From NCBI GenBank assembly GCA_021414235.1, contig JAIOOV010000004.1:409591-473590 (forward strand): a stretch of 64,000 bases of DNA, in the 5' to 3' direction. How positions within the stretch are numbered: position 1 is the stretch's first letter; each line of letters opens with the position of its first letter. Under the pieces are notes generated by a model. That model saw only the letters and a program-made list of their open reading frames with translations, was not told the origin of the DNA and ran no database searches. Of this stretch, positions 8,901-15,382 are shown one piece after another. This DNA is from Candidatus Parcubacteria bacterium (GTDB lineage Bacteria; Patescibacteriota; Minisyncoccia; Phycocordibacterales; JAKFXT01). Both the position numbers and the translations under genes were made by a program.

Positions 8901-9014
8901 AGGAATAAGTCTGCGTGCAGGACGTGGCCCATGGCGTAACCACATCAAACGCAGGTACAGACGTTCCTAAGTTCTTCTACTATAACCCGTATTTATAAAC
9001 TTGTCTACTGCGTC

Positions 9015-9464
9015 TTACTGCGAAGACCTCTTGACCATCTGCTCCACGTACCAGAGAGCCGTGAACACGAAGAGCGTGAGCGCGGTCGCCATAACGGCGA
9101 TGACATAGAGGCGGAAGCCCACCGCGATACCGATGGCGGTAGCAACCCAGATACCAGTCGCTGTGGTTAGCCCCGAGAGCTGCTCATCTTTCATAAAGAT
9201 GACGCCGCCACAGAGGAAACCGATACCCATGACCACGGAAGCCATTACGCGCAGAGGATCTATGCCCGCAGAAGCCGAGAAGGTTTCAAGGACGATGTTG
9301 GCGATGATGATAAGGAGCGCGGAGCCCATAGAGACGAGCGCATAGGTGCGGAGTCCTGCTGCCTTGTGCGCAAGGGTGCGCTCCAGGCCGAGCGACATAC
9401 CGAGAAGCATAGCGAGGGCAAGCTGGAAGAAGATGATGGCATCCACCGGAGTAAGTATGGGCAT
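9015..9464 (-). CDS. mgtC: MgtC/SapB family membrane protein
   Basis: 149 aa with N-terminal FFQLALAMLLGMSLGLERTLAHKAAGLRTYALV, typical of the MgtC family. Multiple TM helices. Confidence 0.75.
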   Translation of the reverse strand: MPILTPVDAIIFFQLALAMLLGMSLGLERTLAHKAAGLRTYALVSMGSALLIIIANIVLETFSASAGIDPLRVMASVVMGIGFLCGGVIFMKDEQLSGLTTATGIWVATAIGIAVGFRLYVIAVMATALTLFVFTALWYVEQMVKRSSQ

Positions 9465-9494
9465 GGATATTATGTTAGACCTATATTGTAGCGT

Positions 9495-10334
9495 TTAAAA
9501 ATGACTCTCGCACACCGAGCGAGCCTCGGTGAGAACCCGCTTGAGCTTCTCCCCGGTTATGCCGAAGCCAGGCATCTCTCCCTCCCTCTCCCCCAGAGTC
9601 TTACAGAGCACAATCCCCGCCTGCATGAGCCGCGTCTTGTCTGCCCCCGTAAGCGAAGTAAGGCAGGTCAGCGGGTGAGCTTGGGCCTCCTCGATGAGAT
9701 CCTGCAGGTTGCCGTAGCGGGGATAGGTCCAGCTCACGAGCTTCAATCCCGAGCAGTTGGCATAGGTCACCGCCGCCTTGGTGAATTTGGTATTGGTGAT
9801 GAGCCAACCCTCGTCGATGAGCCGCTCGCCCCGCTTAACGCGGAACTTGCGGATGTCTTCCACCCGCGCGTTCACATAAAGGGCTACCTTGAGGTCGCTC
9901 TTGAGGCCGAGCTGGTTATGGAACTTGATCTCCCCGATGATGTATTTGTTCGGCGTATGCGCGACAAGATCCACTTCATGCTCGACGCAGGAGCCGGAGA
10001 GCATCTGGCCCGTAGCTACAGTAAAACCACGAGAGCGGAAGATCTCCCCGATGTAATCCTCAAACGGGAACCCAGAGGGGCCGAGGGCGAGTACTGCGCG
10101 CTTAAGAGAGTATCGTGCGGCTACCGGCTTCTCGATAGTGCGCAAGAGCTCGAACGCCCGCTTATATATCTCATGCGTGCCAATACCCGAAGTGAGAGAG
10201 GTGCGCACTCCCTTCAGCACCTCGTTCACTACCTTTGGCTTGGCACCCGCGCGCTCCAGCGACTGGATGAGCTTGGAAGGATCGAAGGGCTCCTGATCCC
10301 CATTAGCCTTAGTGACAAGTATGGTTTTGGGCAT
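9495..10334 (-). CDS. ATP-cone domain fused to restriction-endonuclease-like PD-(D/E)XK (Mrr-like) nuclease domain
   Basis: The N-terminal ILVTKANGDQEPFDPSKLIQSLERAGA matches an ATP-cone. The central part has a D...E-x-K motif (HEVDLVAH...IIGEIKFH) on a restriction-endonuclease-like fold. The C-terminal ~100 aa are unassigned. Confidence 0.6.
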   Translation of the reverse strand: MPKTILVTKANGDQEPFDPSKLIQSLERAGAKPKVVNEVLKGVRTSLTSGIGTHEIYKRAFELLRTIEKPVAARYSLKRAVLALGPSGFPFEDYIGEIFRSRGFTVATGQMLSGSCVEHEVDLVAHTPNKYIIGEIKFHNQLGLKSDLKVALYVNARVEDIRKFRVKRGERLIDEGWLITNTKFTKAAVTYANCSGLKLVSWTYPRYGNLQDLIEEAQAHPLTCLTSLTGADKTRLMQAGIVLCKTLGEREGEMPGFGITGEKLKRVLTEARSVCESHF

Positions 10335-10336
10335 AT

Positions 10337-10789
10337 TCAGTCTATAGGAAGCGCTTCGAGGCTCGAGGTAGAAGCCGCCTCGGTGATGACAAGGGTGGAT
10401 CGCTTGCCATCGAGAAACACTGAGACGCGGGCCTCAGGGCTCGCTTGGAAGGCCACCTTGAAGCGCTTGAGCGTCTGCCTCTGTTCACAGGAATCCCCGT
10501 CGGTAAGAACGGAGAGATTTATGGAAACCTGCTCGGGATATGATTCGCGGACGATCGACTCCGCATCTATGCGGTGACAGGTAGAGGGAACGTCGAGCTC
10601 TCCCACATAGATATGCGCGCCATGACGATACTGATGAAGTACGGGAATCTCGAAAAGCGGTTCGACCGCCTGGCGCGCTGCAGCCGGGAAGAGGAGACGG
10701 AGATCCTTGAAAGGGCCGCGCTCATACCCGAGCCATACGGAGCCGATGAGCATCGCAAGGAGTGAGAGGAGGAGTATCCGAATGATCAT
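10337..10789 (-). CDS. hypothetical membrane-anchored protein
   Basis: ORF with N-terminal TM helix (MIIRILLLSLLAMLIGSVWLG). Preferred ATG at 10789 has a GGAAG RBS. The track ORF extends to 10855 but would overlap the mnmA 3' end. Confidence 0.45.
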   Translation of the reverse strand: MIIRILLLSLLAMLIGSVWLGYERGPFKDLRLLFPAAARQAVEPLFEIPVLHQYRHGAHIYVGELDVPSTCHRIDAESIVRESYPEQVSINLSVLTDGDSCEQRQTLKRFKVAFQASPEARVSVFLDGKRSTLVITEAASTSSLEALPID

Positions 10790-10821
10790 TAGCTTCCAGT
10801 ATACCAGGAGGAAGCTAGAAA

Positions 10822-11940
10822 CTAAGGAGTGGCGACTACTCCGCCTCCCAGACACTCAGAACCAGCGTAAAAGACCACCGACTGCCCGGGAGAGACGAGG
10901 AGAGGTGTGGAAAAGACGGCTTGCACCTTGCCCTTCTTAACTTCTATGCGGCACGGATGCCGCTCCCCATGGTAGCGGATCTCGGCTTCCACTACTGCGC
11001 CTGGTAACCCCTTGGGATTAACGCTCTGAACCCCTTCGAGAGGAATCCGTACACTACCCTTCATTGCTCCAGGCGTCGTAGAGACAGTGAGCGTATTCGC
11101 CTGAATATCCTTGCCGACCACGTAAAGCGGCTTCTGACCGGTCCCGGAGGCTTCCACGGAGAAACCGTGCCTCTCGCCCAGGGTATAGAGCGCTGCCCCA
11201 TCGTGAGAGCCGATTGTCTTCCCCTTGGTATCGAGCACGGCTCCTCGCTCGGTCTTTAAATGACGTGCAAGGAAGTCTTTCATATCTACCATCCCGAGGA
11301 AGCAGATACCCTGGCTATCCTTCTTTTCTGCTGTGGGCAGCTTGAAGCTCTTGGCCTCGGCGCGTACGGCGCTCTTCTCCATGTACCCTATCGGAAAAAG
11401 GATCTGCGCGAGCTCCGCCTGTCCGAGCGCATAAAGGAAATAGGACTGATCCTTCTTCGGATCTGCCCCGCGATGGAGCTCATATACATTAGTCCGCTGG
11501 TTATATATCCGCTGTGCGTAGTGACCCGTCGCCACCAGATCCGCACCCTGCTCGCGCGCAAAGCGCAGGAACGCGCCGAACTTTATCTTCCGATTACACA
11601 TCACATCGGGATTCGGCGTACGCCCCTTCGCGTATTCCGCGATCATATAATCGGCCACTTCACGCTTGTACTCCTCTTCCAGATCGAGCGTACGGAACGG
11701 GACATTGAGGAGAGCGCAGACTCGCATAGCATCCAATCGATCCTCCTTAGCCGTGCAGTACACGTAAGAAGGCTGCCAAGTCTTGATGAAGACGCCGGTG
11801 ACGTCGTAGCCCTGCTCCTTGAGGAGCGCGAGTGCCACCGAGCTATCCACTCCGCCAGAGAGGCCGACGAATACCTTCTCCTTCCCGTTCTTTTCCTGCT
11901 GCATGCTTCCGACTTTACGTGCGCTATGCTGAATGGTCAA
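10822..11940 (-). CDS. mnmA: tRNA-specific 2-thiouridylase MnmA
   Basis: PP-loop motif VFVGLSGGVDSSV, and full-length similarity pattern to MnmA/TrmU. An alternative start at ~11904 (MQQEKNG) is possible. The ORF start at 11940 overlaps the mltG stop. Confidence 0.9.
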   Translation of the reverse strand: MTIQHSARKVGSMQQEKNGKEKVFVGLSGGVDSSVALALLKEQGYDVTGVFIKTWQPSYVYCTAKEDRLDAMRVCALLNVPFRTLDLEEEYKREVADYMIAEYAKGRTPNPDVMCNRKIKFGAFLRFAREQGADLVATGHYAQRIYNQRTNVYELHRGADPKKDQSYFLYALGQAELAQILFPIGYMEKSAVRAEAKSFKLPTAEKKDSQGICFLGMVDMKDFLARHLKTERGAVLDTKGKTIGSHDGAALYTLGERHGFSVEASGTGQKPLYVVGKDIQANTLTVSTTPGAMKGSVRIPLEGVQSVNPKGLPGAVVEAEIRYHGERHPCRIEVKKGKVQAVFSTPLLVSPGQSVVFYAGSECLGGGVVATP

Positions 11941-12908
11941 TTTGTCTTGAGATACCGAGCTTTATTCTTGAGATGCTCCGCGTAGGTGCGGGCGTAGTAA
12001 AAGACGCCGTTTGTACCAGTCAGATAGTAGAGATACGGACTCGTGGTGGGCGTGAGCGCCGCTTGGAGCGCATCTATCCCCGGATTATTAATAGCCGTAG
12101 GCGGCAGCCCTTTGTTGATATACGTATTGTAAGGAGAATCCACAGCGAGATCCTCTCGCGTGAGATCGAAGCTCGTCTTGCCGATGATGTACGCGAACGC
12201 CGCATCCACCTGGAGCGGCATATCGATAGAGAGCCTCTTCCAGAGAACCCCGGCTACTTCCTGCCGATGACGCGTAGTACTGGCCTCCCCTTCAAGGAGC
12301 GAAGCCATGACCACAATCTGTTCGAACGGCTTCCCAAGAGCCGCAGCCTGAGTGCGCAGAGCGGCTGTGCGCTTGTCGAATTCAGCCCGCATCGCTTCCA
12401 CTACGCGTGCCGCAGAAGTACCCGGGAGGAAGAAATACGTCTCAGGAAAAAGATACCCTTCTTGGCCTTTGGCCGCCTCTAGGAAACTCTCCGCGGAGCA
12501 GCCAATGAGGTTACGCTCACAGATCTGAGCCATCTCTTTGAGAGTGATCCCTTCAGGAAAAGTCAGCTTCACGGGAGCAAGACCGAAATCCCCGCGGACA
12601 AGACGGAGTGCGAGTGCATACGATCCCTGGGGCTGATCCAGAAGGTATGCCCCTGCACGGATGCCATCTCCTGCCGCACGCACCAAGAGAGTGAGGAGGC
12701 TTGAAGAGTAGACCGCATGCTGTTGTTCAAAAAGAAGCGCTGCGCCGCGCACGCTGGTGCCCTCAGGCACAGTGACGATGGCGCCCTTCGGGAATTCCTC
12801 TGGCGCCAAAGAGAGGAGGGCAAAAGAAGCATAGGCGGCTAGAGCGATAAGCGCTGCCGAAAGAGTCACCAGCACGAGGGGACGGTGAAAGAATGGAAGA
12901 AGCGGCAT
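11937..12908 (-). CDS. mltG: endolytic murein transglycosylase MltG (YceG family)
   Basis: N-terminal TM helix plus YceG-like C-terminus (YLYYLTGTNGVFYYARTYAEH). A paralog lies at 37917..38876. Confidence 0.85.
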   Translation of the reverse strand: MPLLPFFHRPLVLVTLSAALIALAAYASFALLSLAPEEFPKGAIVTVPEGTSVRGAALLFEQQHAVYSSSLLTLLVRAAGDGIRAGAYLLDQPQGSYALALRLVRGDFGLAPVKLTFPEGITLKEMAQICERNLIGCSAESFLEAAKGQEGYLFPETYFFLPGTSAARVVEAMRAEFDKRTAALRTQAAALGKPFEQIVVMASLLEGEASTTRHRQEVAGVLWKRLSIDMPLQVDAAFAYIIGKTSFDLTREDLAVDSPYNTYINKGLPPTAINNPGIDALQAALTPTTSPYLYYLTGTNGVFYYARTYAEHLKNKARYLKTN

Positions 12909-12917
12909 ATGAAAAGA

Positions 12918-14195
12918 CTAGCGAGGCAGGTTATCCGGCGCTTCCATCTTCTTGGCCATGGTGCGGGTGATGCCTGGGGTCGCAGCAACGGATCCTGGGA
13001 AGTGCCAGATGGTCGCAAGTTCCTCGGTAGAGAGCACATACGCTTTCTTTTTATAGGGAGGGTGGAACCAGGAACGCGTACGATACGCAGCGAGCTTCTT
13101 CTTACGCAGCTTATTAGCCCTAATCTGCTGGAAATCCTGCCAAGGGAAGTCGTTGAGGTTACTGTCCTCCTTGAAGGCGAAGGAATTCATATTACGGGTA
13201 TAGAACGGCTTCATGATCTGCACGTAGCCGGAGATACGCCCGCCGTTGAAATTCTCCGGCTTGGCCATATATGCCATGCGCATGCCGAAGTCGAAGAGCG
13301 GCTTGGAGAGCTTGCGCTCGATAGCTGCAATGATCTCGCCCTCACCCTTCGTGGGAATACGAGGGAAGGTCGCGCCCTCCGGCTTGAAGGAATCGAGGAG
13401 CTTCTTGATGGTCTCTTTCCCTTCTGTGCCCATATCCGCATCAGACTGGCCGCCCATGTCTCCGAAGGGGAATTTGTCTTTGACGTGACCTTCCGCATGC
13501 ACCTGGATGAGGAATTGCATCCAGACCTGCTCGCCCTTCCCGATCATGGAGATATATTCAAGCACTGTCGTGAGCGGATCTATCTTGAACTCCTCCTTGG
13601 GGTCCTTGTCGAGCTCGTAATCGACGTATGTCTTGATGGGATATGAATTCAACGGGTGCTTATGCTCGTCTTCCTTCTTCATCTTGAAATCACAGATCCA
13701 CACGCTCATCTGGGTAGGGTCGAAGTACGGGAAAGCTTCGGTATAATCCGGCACCTCGGTTATCTCAATACCAGGATACTGGCTGTAAAGGGATGCTTCT
13801 ACGACGTTTTTAAACTGAGCGCGTGTCCAGACATAGAAATGGATGTTGCCTTCGATCGAAGCGATTTCGAGTGAGAACCAAGGACGCACCTTGCCGTTCA
13901 CGTAGCGATCCCACCAAGTGCTCTCTCCGCTGCCGTTATGGAAATGCGTAAGAGCGAGCTCCATGGCTCTCGGCGAACGCAGCACCTCCCTCGGTAGCTT
14001 GATCTCCAACAAAATGTATTTCTGGCTCTGGATGAAATCCCTACGCTTATAGGCGATCCACATACGCCAGAAGAAGAGTCCGAAGACCGGAGGTCCCCAG
14101 AACGGAATGAAGCGCACCACGTAACCGAGACCCTGGACAAAGGTCCCGTCGGAGAACGGCTGAAAGAAGAGGTCGTAAAAAAAATCGAGACCCAT
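12918..14195 (-). CDS. conserved hypothetical protein (425 aa) with N-terminal hydrophobic anchor
   Basis: Long uninterrupted ORF with non-repetitive composition and a hydrophobic N-terminus (FIPFWGPPVFGLFFWRMWIA). No P-loop or other catalytic motif recognised. Conserved-looking C-terminal motif LSTEELATIWHFPG. Confidence 0.65.
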   Translation of the reverse strand: MGLDFFYDLFFQPFSDGTFVQGLGYVVRFIPFWGPPVFGLFFWRMWIAYKRRDFIQSQKYILLEIKLPREVLRSPRAMELALTHFHNGSGESTWWDRYVNGKVRPWFSLEIASIEGNIHFYVWTRAQFKNVVEASLYSQYPGIEITEVPDYTEAFPYFDPTQMSVWICDFKMKKEDEHKHPLNSYPIKTYVDYELDKDPKEEFKIDPLTTVLEYISMIGKGEQVWMQFLIQVHAEGHVKDKFPFGDMGGQSDADMGTEGKETIKKLLDSFKPEGATFPRIPTKGEGEIIAAIERKLSKPLFDFGMRMAYMAKPENFNGGRISGYVQIMKPFYTRNMNSFAFKEDSNLNDFPWQDFQQIRANKLRKKKLAAYRTRSWFHPPYKKKAYVLSTEELATIWHFPGSVAATPGITRTMAKKMEAPDNLPR

Positions 14196-14243
14196 TATGG
14201 GCCGAATTATAACATGAGGGTAGAAAGCAGCGAATGCTGCTAT

Positions 14244-14268
14244 ACGAAAAAAGACGGGTTTCCCCGTC
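14244..14268 (-). terminator. rho-independent terminator downstream of the sigma-r4 domain gene
   Basis: Minus-strand hairpin GACGGG-GAAA-CCCGTC followed by TTTTTT. Located between the 14290 stop and the 14195 start. Confidence 0.55.
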
Positions 14269-14289
14269 CTCAGCTATCTCCCCTCTGGC

Positions 14290-15321
14290 TTACGCAGAGA
14301 GCGCGTATTTCCCATCCTTCCCCTTCTTGAAGATGTTGGAGTTCTGGAGATTCACCAAGACGGTGTTCGGCTTCACATAGCGCTCCTTGAGGACCTTCTC
14401 GATGATCTGGTCCTTGGTCATCGGGCCGTATTTCTTGAGCACGTCACGGATGACATCCTTAACCACGCCGCTCGAATATCCCCACTCGGAGAGCGCGTAG
14501 AGACCGCGACCGACGAGTACGAAGCGGGGATCCTTGATGAGCTCATTGTGGCAGGTAGCCACATGCGCCTTGCGATCGAAGAGCTTCTGGATGGCCTTGG
14601 CGACCTCGGAGAAGTGCATCGGAGAGCCGTGGCGACGGATGGCGAGATACGCGAAATCACGCATACCCTTGGCACGGACATTGGAGGAAGCGGCTACGCC
14701 CCACTCGCCCAGAGGATTCTTGGCGATCTTCTTGGAAAGGGAGAGCCAGCGGCGTACGATCTCCTCGTCCTTGTAGTGTTCGGAAATATCTTTGACCGTA
14801 TCGAGGAAGCTCGAAATCATCTCGGATTCCGGGATGAGAGAGTCATCCGGCATGTTCTGATAGAGCTTGCGGAGAGAGCCTTCCACCTGCTCAGCGATAT
14901 CCGGGCTCACGTACCAGCGATGATGGAAATCAAGGTCTTCTTTCTTCTTCTTGAAAGAGTCGCCGAGCACGAGGAGGAAATGGAAATGATTCTGGGTGCT
15001 CTCGTCCTTAGAGAGGTGCTCGAGGAATTCAGCCTCCGGTACCACGCCGCCAAGGACGGTGATGGCCTTCTCGAGCTCCTCGAAGGCGGCCTTCTCCTTC
15101 TTGTAGTGCTCGGACTTGCGGATGGTGGTGAAGGCGTAGTTCTCGATCTGGCGCACGCGTTCCCGAGTGATCTTGTAGGTGCTGCCGATGGACTCCAAGG
15201 TCATGCGCTCGGGAGAGGTGCCGAGGCCGTAGCGGCTCACAATCACGTTGCGGGCACGCTCCGGAAGCGCCATGAGGAGGCGCTTGACGACTGCTTTGGG
15301 TTTGAAGGTGATAGTAGCCAT
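14290..15321 (-). CDS. DNA-binding protein with N-terminal sigma-70 region-4-like HTH and C-terminal winged-helix (HARE-HTH-like) domains
   Basis: The N-terminal LPERARNVIVSRYGL...LESIGSTYKITRERVRQIENYA is a classic sigma-70 region 4.2 HTH. The C-terminal PMHFSEVAKAIQKLF... resembles HARE-HTH / winged helix. It has no sigma region 2, so it is not a sigma factor. Confidence 0.6.
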   Translation of the reverse strand: MATITFKPKAVVKRLLMALPERARNVIVSRYGLGTSPERMTLESIGSTYKITRERVRQIENYAFTTIRKSEHYKKEKAAFEELEKAITVLGGVVPEAEFLEHLSKDESTQNHFHFLLVLGDSFKKKKEDLDFHHRWYVSPDIAEQVEGSLRKLYQNMPDDSLIPESEMISSFLDTVKDISEHYKDEEIVRRWLSLSKKIAKNPLGEWGVAASSNVRAKGMRDFAYLAIRRHGSPMHFSEVAKAIQKLFDRKAHVATCHNELIKDPRFVLVGRGLYALSEWGYSSGVVKDVIRDVLKKYGPMTKDQIIEKVLKERYVKPNTVLVNLQNSNIFKKGKDGKYALSA

Positions 15322-15382
15322 ATCAGGGGGTGGTGTGGTCTAATTTTTAGCATTTACTACAACACACGTCAAGTCCTGCGCA

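Noticed and set aside
9501-10577. 358-aa plus-strand ORF overlapping the ATP-cone/nuclease gene
   Set aside because: The translation is Arg/Leu/Ala-rich with low complexity, typical of antisense frames in GC-rich DNA. The opposite strand has clear ATP-cone and D..ExK motifs and fits the operon orientation.
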